A stretch of 48,545 nt of DNA. It comes from an uncultured Nitrososphaerota archaeon (GTDB lineage Archaea > Korarchaeota > Korarchaeia > Korarchaeales > Korarchaeaceae). This document shows, piece by piece, positions 34,010 through 43,440 of the stretch; positions within the stretch are counted from its first letter, which is position 1, and each line of letters begins with the position of its first letter. The notes beneath the pieces were generated by a model. It saw only the letters and a program-made list of their open reading frames with translations. It made no database searches and was not told where the DNA came from. Position numbers and translations under genes: made by a program. Location of the stretch: NCBI GenBank assembly GCA_964594835.1, contig CAZQNA010000010.1, forward strand, positions 1-48,545. The letters run 5' to 3'.

Positions 34010-34627
34010 ATGCCGTCTGGAGGGGAGGAGCAGGGGGAGGTCGTTGCGGGGGTCAGGTTCCCGCGAGAGCCCGAGATCAACATTCAAAACGTGGTCTCCT
34101 CGGCCGACATAAGACAGAAGCTGAACCTCAAGGAGATAGCCCAGAAGATCAAGGAGTCCAGGTACGAGCCCAACAAGTTTCCCGGGCTCGTGCTGAAGCT
34201 CAAGGAGCCCAAGGCCGCCCTCCTGGTGTTCAGCAGCGGGAAGTTCGTTTGCACCGGCACCAAGTCCGTCGAGGAGTCGGCCCTCGCCGTAAACAGGGCG
34301 ATAGAGCTCATGAAGCAGCACGGGATAAAGATCAAGAACAGGCCCCTCGTGCGGGCCGAGAACATAGTGGCCTCGGCGAAGCTGTTCCTCAAGGTGGACA
34401 TAGAGAGGCTCGCCATGGAGCAGCCCAACACGCTCTACGAGCCTGAGCAGTTTCCCGGGCTCATATACAGGATGGACGACCCGCCCGTGGTCTTCCTGGT
34501 CTTCGCCTCGGGCAGCCTGGTCTGCACCGGGGCCAAGAAGGAGGCCGACGTCAGGAGGGCGGTCTACAAGCTCAGGAGGGTCCTGGCGGAGGGGGGATAC
34601 TTCATAACGGAGGAGGGGGCTGGCTGA
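34010..34627 (+). CDS. tbp: TATA-box binding protein
   Basis: IQNVVSS..YEPNKFPGLV..LVFSSGKFVCTGTKS and second repeat ENIVAS..YEPEQFPGLIYR..LVFASGSLVCTGAK. Confidence 0.98.
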   Translation: MPSGGEEQGEVVAGVRFPREPEINIQNVVSSADIRQKLNLKEIAQKIKESRYEPNKFPGLVLKLKEPKAALLVFSSGKFVCTGTKSVEESALAVNRAIELMKQHGIKIKNRPLVRAENIVASAKLFLKVDIERLAMEQPNTLYEPEQFPGLIYRMDDPPVVFLVFASGSLVCTGAKKEADVRRAVYKLRRVLAEGGYFITEEGAG

Positions 34628-35249
34628 AGGGGGGTCTGCAACGCTCCAGCTGACGGACGAGGACGGGGAGTACCTGGTTAGGCTGGCCAGGCGCGCGATA
34701 ACCCTCTACCTGACGGAGGGCAGGGAGCTGGAGGAGGAGCCGCCTAGCCCCACCCTCATGGAGAGGGCCGGCGCGTTCGTCACCCTGAAGACCCACCCGG
34801 ACGGTCGCCTCAGGGGCTGCATAGGCTATCCGGAGCCGGTACTCCCGCTCTCGCGGGCCGTCGTGCGGGCGGCCATCTCGGCGGCCACCCAGGATCCGAG
34901 GTTCTACCCGCTAACTCCGGCGGAGCTGCCGAGGGTCACGGTGGAGGTCAGCGTCCTCACTCCTCCCGAGCCGCTGATGGCCGAGGACAGGGAGAGGCTG
35001 CCTGAGATGATCGTCGTCGGCCGCGACGGGCTCATAGTGCGAGCTGGTCCCTGGAGCGGCCTACTTCTCCCACAGGTCCCCGTGGAGTGGGGCTGGGACT
35101 CTCGGGAGTTTCTGGATCAGACCTGCTTGAAGGCGGGCCTGTCCCCCGGATGCTGGCGGCGGCCGGACGTTGAGGTCCTCAGGTTCACGGCGATCGTGTT
35201 CGCGGAGGAGAGTCCCCTGGGCAGAGTGGTCCGCGAGAGGCTCGGGTGA
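34620..35249 (+). CDS. AMMECR1/AmmeMemoRadiSam protein A (TIGR00296) family; N-terminus extends upstream of ATG 34758
   Basis: GAFVTL..LRGCIG, DPRF, EVSVLT, GRDGL, GLLLPQV; in-frame upstream LTDEDGEYLVRLARRAI is the conserved first helix. Start codon is non-standard and inferred. Confidence 0.9.
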   Translation: MAEGGSATLQLTDEDGEYLVRLARRAITLYLTEGRELEEEPPSPTLMERAGAFVTLKTHPDGRLRGCIGYPEPVLPLSRAVVRAAISAATQDPRFYPLTPAELPRVTVEVSVLTPPEPLMAEDRERLPEMIVVGRDGLIVRAGPWSGLLLPQVPVEWGWDSREFLDQTCLKAGLSPGCWRRPDVEVLRFTAIVFAEESPLGRVVRERLG

Positions 35250-35783
35250 TCACGGATTCCTGTGGGCCCTGTCCAGGGCCCACCTGATCTCCTTCACCAG
35301 CCTCTCGATCTCGCCCTCGGGGACTCCGCTCACCACCACCCTCTTGAGGAGCCCCTCCTCGACCTCCACGTTGTGGGCCGCGCCGGGCGAGATCCTCTCG
35401 AACTCCCTCAGGCGCCTCCTCAGCCACCTTATGGGGCTGGAGTCCGCCTTGACCCCCTCCTCGACCTCGACAACGAGTATGCCCCTGCCCCGGTTCACCA
35501 GTATCCGCCCGATCTTCTCCTCCCCGGAGAGGATCTCCCTCTCCTCGACTTCTGCTGGGGAGGGCGGGCCCGCCTCCACCGCCTCCGCGGGCCGAGTCTC
35601 TCTTGGGACCTCCTCCCCGAGCGGCAGCCTGTCAGCGGTGGTTATGGTGGCCTCCAGGAGGACGTCGTCCAGGGCGTCCAGCATGGACCTCAGCCTCGCG
35701 AGCTCCTCCTCCAGCTCCTCTATGCGGGTCTTCAACATATTTCTGAGCTCGAGGAGAGTTCTCATCCGGTCATCCCGGTTCAA
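35250..35783 (-). CDS. Hypothetical protein with N-terminal coiled coil, coupled to lysS
   Basis: TTGA overlap with lysS stop; LELRNMLKTRIEELEEELARLRSMLDALD coiled coil; C-terminal alpha/beta domain ending IRWAL. Confidence 0.75.
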   Translation of the reverse strand: MNRDDRMRTLLELRNMLKTRIEELEEELARLRSMLDALDDVLLEATITTADRLPLGEEVPRETRPAEAVEAGPPSPAEVEEREILSGEEKIGRILVNRGRGILVVEVEEGVKADSSPIRWLRRRLREFERISPGAAHNVEVEEGLLKRVVVSGVPEGEIERLVKEIRWALDRAHRNP

Positions 35784-37426
35784 GTCCCGACACCGTCCTC
35801 CATCGCGGCCCTTGAGAGGGACTCGTGTATTAAGGACTTGGCCCTCTCCACTCCGAGCCGCCCGATCAGGGGGCCGAGCCGGGGTCCCCTGTCCGCCCCC
35901 ACCAGGAGCCTGTAGACGGCCGAGAAGAACTCCCTGGGGCTGATGCCCCTGGCTCTGCACGCGTCGAAGGCGGTGGACTGTATCTCCTCGGCGCTCATGC
36001 CCTCCGCTATCCTCGAGAGGAACTCCTCTATCGCCGCCCTGACCTCCCGGCTCAGGACCGGCCTCTCGACGAGGAACCTCGACTTGATGTCCCGGACGTA
36101 GTTCAAGGCCCTCTCAAACCAGTCCACGAAGGTCTGATCGCCCCTGAGCTCATCCAGGTCGAGATCGTAGTACTCCGAGATGAACTCCATTACGGCAGCG
36201 AGGAGCTCCTCCTCGTTGAGTTCCCTCCAGGGGAGCAGCTCGATCACGTTGATGAGGGACCTGAAGGTGTACCTGGGGGGAGGTGGGACATCCCTCAGGA
36301 GGTACGCGTACTCGACCAGCCTCTTGACCGTGATCCTGTCCCTCTCAGATGGGATCCTGTCCAAGCTGTGGTAGAGCCTGAGGTGCCTCTCCAGGTCCTC
36401 GACGTACTCTGGCGCCCTCTCCAGGGAGATGGCCCGGGTCCCCCGGTACCTCTTGAACATGAGGAGCCTCAGGCTCTCCGGTGGGGCGTAGCGGAGCCAG
36501 TCCTGGGGCGTGATGACGTTTCCCTTGGACTTGGAGATCTTCTCCCCGGTGGCGTCTAGGAACATCTCGTACCTGATGGTTAGGGGGGGCTCGAAGCCGA
36601 GCACCTCCCTGGCAATCCTCTGGTTCACCCTGAAGCTGTCGGCGATGTCCTTCCCGTGGGGCTCAAAGACCACCTTCAGGGCGGCCCACCTGGCAGCGAA
36701 CTCGCCCCACTTCCAGGGGAGCTTTCCGCTCCCCCTCCTGTAGCTAACCTCGCCCCTGTGGCCGCACCCCTTCACCCCCTTGAACTCTTGGTCGCAGACG
36801 TACACGACCTTACCCTCGTCAGGGTGCACCTCAACCACCCGCGTCGTGTATATCCTGCCGCAGTTCTCGCAGACGGGCCAGTAGGGTATCCACCCCTCCG
36901 GCCGGCTCGTCCCCACCTCCTCCCTGACGATGCTCTCGACCCTCTCCCTGTTCCTGAGTATCCTGTCGATGTATTCGTCCAGAAGGCCGGACCTGTACAC
37001 CTGCGTGCCGGAGAAGAACTCGTAGTCGACGCCCAGCCTGTCCAGCGCGTCCATGAGCATGGAGCTCATGTGCTCCCCGTAGCTGCCGTGGCACCCCCAG
37101 GGGTCGGGGATGTCCGTCACGGGCATGCCGAGGTACTTCCTGTACTCCGAGGGGACGCCGGCTGGGACCTTCCGCAGGCCGTCCCTGTCGTCGCTGAACG
37201 CCACGAGCCTCGATCTGTATCCCATGTCCTCGAGGGCCAGCTTCACCCCGTAGGCCCTCAGGGAGTCTCCGACCGACCCGATGTGCGGAAAGCCGCTGGC
37301 TCCGATTCCCGACTCAACCGTGTAGACCTCTATTCCCCTGCCCAGGCGGGTCTCCCTCTCGACGACGTCGGCTGCGAGCCTGTCCAGCCAGAACATTGGT
37401 CGGCGCCTGGACCCCAGTCGCATCAC
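35780..37426 (-). CDS. lysS: Lysine--tRNA ligase, class I
   Basis: SGIGASGFPHIGS, SDDRDGLRKVP, CENCGRI, KLPWK..FAARW, KISKSKGN, GPRLG. Confidence 0.97.
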   Translation of the reverse strand: MMRLGSRRRPMFWLDRLAADVVERETRLGRGIEVYTVESGIGASGFPHIGSVGDSLRAYGVKLALEDMGYRSRLVAFSDDRDGLRKVPAGVPSEYRKYLGMPVTDIPDPWGCHGSYGEHMSSMLMDALDRLGVDYEFFSGTQVYRSGLLDEYIDRILRNRERVESIVREEVGTSRPEGWIPYWPVCENCGRIYTTRVVEVHPDEGKVVYVCDQEFKGVKGCGHRGEVSYRRGSGKLPWKWGEFAARWAALKVVFEPHGKDIADSFRVNQRIAREVLGFEPPLTIRYEMFLDATGEKISKSKGNVITPQDWLRYAPPESLRLLMFKRYRGTRAISLERAPEYVEDLERHLRLYHSLDRIPSERDRITVKRLVEYAYLLRDVPPPPRYTFRSLINVIELLPWRELNEEELLAAVMEFISEYYDLDLDELRGDQTFVDWFERALNYVRDIKSRFLVERPVLSREVRAAIEEFLSRIAEGMSAEEIQSTAFDACRARGISPREFFSAVYRLLVGADRGPRLGPLIGRLGVERAKSLIHESLSRAAMEDGVGT

Positions 37427-37489
37427 CGTCCGGCCGTCGGACGAGGCTGGCTTTTTAGCTCGTCGGCTCGGGCGATGGGGGGAAAGGAT

Positions 37490-37530
37490 ATCAAAAATAG
37501 TGAGAGAGAGGAAAAAGATCTTTCCTCAAA
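37490..37530 (-). terminator. Putative terminator after alba
   Basis: Minus strand GAGGAAA-GATCTT-TTTCCTC hairpin followed by pyrimidine/T-rich tracts. Confidence 0.45.
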
Positions 37531-37550
37531 ATCCACCGGGGCTGGCCAGC

Positions 37551-37832
37551 TCACACCTGGGTGAGCTCGATCTCGATGACGCTTATGTCCCTCCTGCTGC
37601 CGTCCTCGTCGATGATCTCCTCGGTGCCAGTCCTGATGTCGGTTATCTTGAGCTTCCCAGGGAAGTACTTGAGCCTGGTGATCTCTGCGACGTCGACGGC
37701 CCTGGAGATGGACCTCCCCCTGGCCTTCAGGACGATCTTCTTCACGCCCCGGTTGATCTGGAGCGTGGTAGCCATCACGTAGTTGATGGCGGGCTTCTTA
37801 CCCACGTACACGATTCCCTCCTCGGCAGACAT
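37551..37832 (-). CDS. albA: DNA/RNA-binding protein Alba
   Basis: VYVGKKPAINYV, LKARGRSISRAVDVAEI, ISVIEIEL. Confidence 0.97.
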   Translation of the reverse strand: MSAEEGIVYVGKKPAINYVMATTLQINRGVKKIVLKARGRSISRAVDVAEITRLKYFPGKLKITDIRTGTEEIIDEDGSRRDISVIEIELTQV

Positions 37833-37946
37833 GACGCACACCCCCTTACACTTGCTCACGAGGTCCGCCAGGTCTCAGCGGGGACTGCGCCTGGCAGCGT
37901 GCCAGGTGCGCCTCCTCACATAATAAACATTTGCGGGAGGCCCGAT

Positions 37947-38201
37947 TCAGCCGAGGAGATCGTCCAGATCGACGACGATCTCGCGTCCGAGGACCCGCCT
38001 CACCAACTTGACCGGGATTCGGCCCAGTCTCAGCTCAAGCTCGGCGAGCTCAACCGGGTCCGTGACCCCCTCGGGGATCTCGTCGTCCTTAAGAAAGAGG
38101 GGGGAGCCGGCGGCGATCTGCTGAGCCCTGAACGCGATGATCCTCGTCCTCTCGTACTTGGTCAGCTTCCTCGGGCCCAGCAGATCGCCCTCGTCGGTCA
38201 A
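37947..38201 (-). CDS. rpo6: RNA polymerase subunit Rpo6 (RpoK)
   Basis: LTKYERTRIIAFRAQQIAAGSP, DPVELAELEL..GRIPVKLVRR; TTG 1 nt after the thermosome stop. Confidence 0.93.
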   Translation of the reverse strand: MTDEGDLLGPRKLTKYERTRIIAFRAQQIAAGSPLFLKDDEIPEGVTDPVELAELELRLGRIPVKLVRRVLGREIVVDLDDLLG

Positions 38202-38202
38202 C

Positions 38203-39831
38203 TTACTCCTCCTCTCCGCCCTTCTCCTTCCCGAACTTCTTGGCGGAGGCCGCAATTATGTCGTCTATCTTCAGGATGGTCTCGGCGAACTCGGCGGCGG
38301 ACTCGACGGCGTTCTTGATGACCCTGGCCGGCTCTATGACGTCCTTCTCCTTCATGTCCACGATCTCTCCGGTGAAGACGTCGAACCCGTGGTGCACCTT
38401 GCCCTCGGTGTGGGCCTTGACCAGCTCGGCCATGAGGACGACGGGGTCCCTGCCGGAGTTCTCTATGAGCGTCCTGGGTATGACCTCTATGGCCTCCGCG
38501 AACCTCTGAACGATGGTCTGCTCCTTCCCGCCGAGCTGCTGGGCGTAGTCCTTGAGCTTGAGGCTCAGCTCCATCTCCACGGCCCCGCCGCCCACGACTA
38601 TCCTGCCGTCCTCGACGACGTCCCTGACGACGCTGAGGGCGTCGTGGACGGTCCTCTCGGTCTCGTCGATGACCTGCTTGGACCCTCCCCTGATTAGGAT
38701 GGAGACGGCCTTCGGGTTCTTGCACCCCTCCACGAAGACCATCTTGTCCTCGCCGACGCGCCTCTCCTCCACGAGCTCGGCGTGGCCGAGGTCCTCGGGC
38801 TTGATCTCCTTGACGTTCACCACGATCTTGGCCCCGGTGGCCTTGGCCAGCTTCTCCATGTCGGACTTCCTGACCCTCCTGACGGCCAGGATGCCCCTCT
38901 TGGCGAGGAAGTGCTGGGCCACGTCGTCGATGCCCTTCTGGCAGAAGACAACGTTGGCCCCGGCCTCGGCGATCTTGTCGACCAGCTCCCTGAGCATCTC
39001 CTTCTCCTGCTCAAGGAAGCCCTTGATCTGGGTGGGCGAGACCACCCTGATCTTGGAGGACAGCTCCGGCTTCTTGACCTCCAGGGCGCTCTCGATGAGC
39101 GCTATCTTGGCGCCGGCTATCACCCTGGGCATCCCGGGGTGGACGACCTCCTTGTCGATCACTATGCCCCTGATCAGGGCGGTGTCAAAGATGGACCCTC
39201 CCTCCTTCTTCTCCCTCTTGATGTTGTCCAGGTCGACGGTCCTCTTCCCGTCCTTCTCCTCGACCACGGCAAGGGCCGCCTCGACGGCGATCTCGGCCAG
39301 GTGCTCCCTGGCGTGGGCGACGGCCTTGGACCCCATGGCCAGCTTGGCGATCTTCTTGAGGATCTCCTTGTCGTTCCAAGGCACCTCAATCGCCAGCTCG
39401 TCTATCAGCTCGACGGCCTTCCTGGCGGCCTTCCTGTAGCCCTCGATGATCAGGGTGGGGTGTATCCCGAGGTCCATCAGCTCCTCCGCCTTGGTGAGCA
39501 GCTCGCCGGCCAGCACGACGACCGTGGTGGTCCCGTCCCCGGCGACCTGCTCCTGGCTCTTGGCGAGGTCCACGAGCATCTTGGCCGTCGGGTGCTCCAC
39601 CTCGATCTCCTTCATCACGGTAGCCCCGTCGCTGGTGATGATCACGTCCCCGAAGGGGTCGACCAGCATCTTCTGCATTCCCTTCGGGCCGAGGGTGCTC
39701 TTCACCGCCTCGGCAATGGCCTTGGCCACGGTTATGTTAAGCCTGACCGCCTCCCTCCCCCTGGTCCGGGAGGTTCCCTCCTTCAGTATCAAGACCGGAA
39801 TGGTACCTCCGGCTCCTCCAGCTGCGGCCAT
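38203..39831 (-). CDS. ths: Thermosome (group II chaperonin) subunit
   Basis: [46 protein letters not shown]; SD GGAGGTGA. Confidence 0.98.
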   Translation of the reverse strand: MAAAGGAGGTIPVLILKEGTSRTRGREAVRLNITVAKAIAEAVKSTLGPKGMQKMLVDPFGDVIITSDGATVMKEIEVEHPTAKMLVDLAKSQEQVAGDGTTTVVVLAGELLTKAEELMDLGIHPTLIIEGYRKAARKAVELIDELAIEVPWNDKEILKKIAKLAMGSKAVAHAREHLAEIAVEAALAVVEEKDGKRTVDLDNIKREKKEGGSIFDTALIRGIVIDKEVVHPGMPRVIAGAKIALIESALEVKKPELSSKIRVVSPTQIKGFLEQEKEMLRELVDKIAEAGANVVFCQKGIDDVAQHFLAKRGILAVRRVRKSDMEKLAKATGAKIVVNVKEIKPEDLGHAELVEERRVGEDKMVFVEGCKNPKAVSILIRGGSKQVIDETERTVHDALSVVRDVVEDGRIVVGGGAVEMELSLKLKDYAQQLGGKEQTIVQRFAEAIEVIPRTLIENSGRDPVVLMAELVKAHTEGKVHHGFDVFTGEIVDMKEKDVIEPARVIKNAVESAAEFAETILKIDDIIAASAKKFGKEKGGEEE

Positions 39832-39991
39832 ATCGCTTCACCTCCTATCAATAGGCTCGGTCGCCCCCGCCGCGAGCGGGGGCTTGGCGCGGATAGTCGC
39901 TCTTATCCCCATTTAAAACTCTTTACCAACCGGTCGGCGGCCGTGCTGGGCGTGCGGCGCCGCTTTAATTCGCCCGCCGGTCCTGACGGCG

Positions 39992-42850
39992 GTGACCGCG
40001 GTCTTCGATAAACTCCCGAAAGAGATCAGGGCTGCGCTGGCCTCCAGGGGGATCGTGGAGCCCACCCCCGCGCAGAGGGAGGCCATACCACTCATACTCG
40101 ACGGGAGGAACGTCCTCCTCGTCGCCCCGACCGGGTACGGGAAGACCGAGGCCGCGGTCCTGCCCCTCCTCGCGAGGATCAGGTCCCTGCCCTTGAGGGA
40201 GGGGGTGAAGCTCCTCTACGTGACGCCCCTCAGGGCCCTGAACCGGGACCTCGAGGACAGGATACGCTGGATGGCCTCCAGCGTGGGCATGTCGGTGGCC
40301 GTGAGACACGGCGACACTCCCCAGTCGGAGAGGAGGAGGCAGTCCCTGCACCCGCCAGACGTGCTCGTGACAACCCCGGAGACCCTCCAGGTCCTGCTGG
40401 TCGGCCGGAGGCTGAGGTCTCACATGAGGTCGGTCCTGGCCGTTGTCATAGACGAGGTCCACGAGCTCGTGGACGACAAGCGCGGGGTCCAGCTGGCGGT
40501 GGCCCTGGAGAGGCTGAAGGAGATAACTGGCCGACCCTTCCAGAGGGTGGCGCTCTCGGCGACGGTCGGGGACCCGGGCCTGGTCGGCAGGGCGTTCTTC
40601 GACGGGGAGCCCTTCGAGGTCGTGGACGTCTCGGCCACCAAGGAGATGGAGCTCAGGGTGCTGCTCCCACAGCCCTCCGACGAGGACGTGAGGGTCGCGA
40701 GCGAGGCCGGGACGGATCCGGGGGTGGTCGCGAGGATAAGGGCGATCACCGAGCTGGACTCCCGGGCGGGCTCGACGCTGCTGTTCACGAACACCAGGTC
40801 CGCCGCCGAGGCTCTCGGGCACAGGCTCGCCAGGTGGTTCCCTAAGCTTGCGGTGGCCGTTCACCACAGCTCCCTGTCCCGGGACGTCAGGGTCGAGGCG
40901 GAGAGGGCGCTCAAGAGCGGGGAGCTGGACACGATCGTCTCCACCAGCTCCCTGGAGCTGGGCATAGACGTCGGCCACGTGGACCTGGTGGTCCAGTACA
41001 TGAGCCCCAGGCAGGCCACCAGGCTCGTCCAGAGGGTGGGGAGGAGCGGCCACAGGGTAGGGGAGGTGAGCAGGGGCGTCGTGATCACCTCGGACGCCGA
41101 CGAGTTCCTGGAGGCCCTCGTCATCTGCCGGCGGGCCAGGGACGGGGAGCTCGAGGTTCCCAGGGTGCCGCCCAAGCCCCTGGACGTGGCCCTGCACCAG
41201 ACCGTCGGGCTGCTCCTGGAGTACAGGAGGATCCCCACGGTAGCCGTCCTCTCCCTGCTCAGGAGGGTCCACGCCTACGCCGACCTGGGCAGGGACGAGC
41301 TGGTGGAAACGCTCAGGTACGTCCACTCGAGCTGGAACAGGCCGCTCTGGCTGTCGGACGGCGGGGAGCAGCTGGCCCTCCCCCACAGGAGGGAGAACCC
41401 CTACCGATACTACTTCGAGAACCTCTCGACCATCCCCGACGAGAGGAGGTACCCCGTCGTCGAGGAGAACTCTGGGATGCTCATCGGGTACCTGGACGAG
41501 GCGTTCGTCCTGGACGACCTCTATCCCGGCGTCAAGTTCGTGTTCAAGGGATCCGTGTGGATCTTCAGGAGGATAGAGGCCGGCAGGGTCCTGGTGTCCA
41601 GGGCGGAGGATCCCACGGGCGCCATACCGAGCTGGGTCGGGGAGGACCTCCCGGTCCCGCAGGAGGTGGCGGCGGAGGTGGGCAGGCTGAGGCGACTGAT
41701 CGAGGGGGAGGTCAGGTCGGAGGGGGTCGAGGCAGCGGTCAGGGCGGTCCTGAGGGAGTACCCGTACGCCGGGGCCGGGGACGTAAGGAGGGCAGTTCAG
41801 CCCATAAGGGAGCACGTCGAGCTGGGGATTCCGGTGGGGACGGACAGGAGGGTGGTGATAGAGGGGTTCTCCAACTACGTGGTGATCCACGCCTGCGCCG
41901 GGACGCTGGTGAACAGGACCCTGTCAAGGCTGCTCGCGCAGACGATGGTCGAGGAGGTCGGGCTGGGCGTGATGGCCAACTCCGACCCCTATCGGATAGT
42001 CCTGAAGCCCGCGAGCGTGGAGATCGTGGAGAGTTCCCTCCGCTCCCTCCTGCGCAGGGACCTGAGGGATCTCCTGCTCAAGACGTTGCCTAGAAGCGGC
42101 AGGTTCGGCGTAAGGATCCTCCAGGTGGCCAAGAGGATGGGCCTGATATCCAAGGCCGCGAGCCTGAGGGAGCTCAGCCTCAGGAAGATAGTGGAGGCAT
42201 ACGAGGGGACGCCCGTCTACCGGGAGGCCGTGTCGGAGTCCCTCACGAGAGACTACGACGTGTGGGGGGCCCAGAAGCTCGCCTCCGCCGTTGAGTCGGG
42301 CGAAATCGAGATGATCTCCCTCGTCCGGGACTCACCCAGCCCGCTCGCATGGATGGGCCTGAGGAGGTCGCAGTTCTTCCTGGAGATACTCCCCCCAGAG
42401 AGCCTCGAGAGGATACTCCTCCAGGCGGCCAAGGCCAGGATCCTGGGAACGGACCTCGTCGTCGTGTGTCCGCTCTGCTGGTCCTGGTGGACGAGCGTGA
42501 GGGCCAAGACTCTCCTCGAGTCGAAGATGGAGCTCAGGTGTCCCTCCTGCGGGTCCAGGGCGCTGGCCGCGTTCTCCGGGAGGTGGGCCTCTCGCGCGGT
42601 TCAGGCCGTCGAGGAGGCGAGGAGGAGGGGCCGCCCCGCGGTGGCGGACTCTGAACTCGCCGATCGAGCCTTCAGGCTGGCGTCCCTCACAGAGAGGTTC
42701 GGGAGCCTCGCGCTGGTTGCCGCCGCGGCGAGGGAGGTGGACCCCGAGGGCCTGAGGTCCCTACTCTCGAGACACCGTGAGGCGGACGACGACTTCTTCA
42801 GGGAGCTCACGAGGCTTGAGTCTGAGTCGATCCGCAGGAGGTTCCTCTGA
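39992..42850 (+). CDS. lhr: Lhr-family SF2 helicase with C-terminal Cys4 motif
   Basis: APTGYGKT, RHGDT, TTPETL, DEVH, SAT, HHSSLS, SSLELGID, QRVGRSGH, IPSWVGE; CPLC..CPSC near the C-terminus. Confidence 0.93.
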   Translation: MTAVFDKLPKEIRAALASRGIVEPTPAQREAIPLILDGRNVLLVAPTGYGKTEAAVLPLLARIRSLPLREGVKLLYVTPLRALNRDLEDRIRWMASSVGMSVAVRHGDTPQSERRRQSLHPPDVLVTTPETLQVLLVGRRLRSHMRSVLAVVIDEVHELVDDKRGVQLAVALERLKEITGRPFQRVALSATVGDPGLVGRAFFDGEPFEVVDVSATKEMELRVLLPQPSDEDVRVASEAGTDPGVVARIRAITELDSRAGSTLLFTNTRSAAEALGHRLARWFPKLAVAVHHSSLSRDVRVEAERALKSGELDTIVSTSSLELGIDVGHVDLVVQYMSPRQATRLVQRVGRSGHRVGEVSRGVVITSDADEFLEALVICRRARDGELEVPRVPPKPLDVALHQTVGLLLEYRRIPTVAVLSLLRRVHAYADLGRDELVETLRYVHSSWNRPLWLSDGGEQLALPHRRENPYRYYFENLSTIPDERRYPVVEENSGMLIGYLDEAFVLDDLYPGVKFVFKGSVWIFRRIEAGRVLVSRAEDPTGAIPSWVGEDLPVPQEVAAEVGRLRRLIEGEVRSEGVEAAVRAVLREYPYAGAGDVRRAVQPIREHVELGIPVGTDRRVVIEGFSNYVVIHACAGTLVNRTLSRLLAQTMVEEVGLGVMANSDPYRIVLKPASVEIVESSLRSLLRRDLRDLLLKTLPRSGRFGVRILQVAKRMGLISKAASLRELSLRKIVEAYEGTPVYREAVSESLTRDYDVWGAQKLASAVESGEIEMISLVRDSPSPLAWMGLRRSQFFLEILPPESLERILLQAAKARILGTDLVVVCPLCWSWWTSVRAKTLLESKMELRCPSCGSRALAAFSGRWASRAVQAVEEARRRGRPAVADSELADRAFRLASLTERFGSLALVAAAAREVDPEGLRSLLSRHREADDDFFRELTRLESESIRRRFL

Positions 42851-42853
42851 AGG

Positions 42854-43162
42854 CTAGCGGTGGTCCTCCCCACCGGCCCCAAGGACCCTCCTGGCAGCGA
42901 GGAGGAACAGCGCGGTCGCCGCCAGGGTGGCCGCCAGGAGGGCCGCGGCCAGCCAACTGGGAACCTCCCTCCCGTACGCGAACACGAAGGGCCCTATTAT
43001 CACAAAACCTCCCTCCGTGCCCCCTCCCTCCAGAGAGCCGAGGGCGAGGAGGAGGGTTCCCATGAAGATCATCGCAACTCCCAGCAGGAAGAGGACGGCC
43101 CTGAAGAAGGCCTCCTGAATCTCCCTCCCTATCTCCTCGCCCAGCCCCTCTCCGAAGCCCAT
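42854..43162 (-). CDS. DUF131 (TIGR00304) family membrane protein
   Basis: TM - GGFVIIGPFVFAYG - TM; ATG 43162. Confidence 0.78.
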   Translation of the reverse strand: MGFGEGLGEEIGREIQEAFFRAVLFLLGVAMIFMGTLLLALGSLEGGGTEGGFVIIGPFVFAYGREVPSWLAAALLAATLAATALFLLAARRVLGAGGEDHR

Positions 43163-43164
43163 GC

Positions 43165-43434
43165 CTAACCCCCCGTCATGAGGTAGAGGGCCAGCAGGGT
43201 GACCGTCATCGCGAGGCCTGAGAGCACGAGCAGCAGTAGCATCCCCTTGGTCAGGTTCCTGCCGAACACTATGGGGATCGGCCCTAGGAGGATGATGCCG
43301 CCCACCGCCTCGGAGCCCCTCTCCTGCCCTCCCTCTCTCCCGCCCCTCCGCCTCCCAAGCGGCAGGATCGAGATCATTATGAGCAGGAGCCCGAGGCCCA
43401 GGAGGAAGAGGCCCAAGGTCTGGACTGGGTTCAG
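43165..43434 (-). CDS. DUF131 (TIGR00304) family membrane protein (probable CTG start 43434; first standard start TTG 43416)
   Basis: GGIILLGPIPIVFG signature between two TM helices. Confidence 0.85.
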   Translation of the reverse strand: MNPVQTLGLFLLGLGLLLIMISILPLGRRRGGREGGQERGSEAVGGIILLGPIPIVFGRNLTKGMLLLLVLSGLAMTVTLLALYLMTGG

Positions 43435-43440
43435 CTGGGC

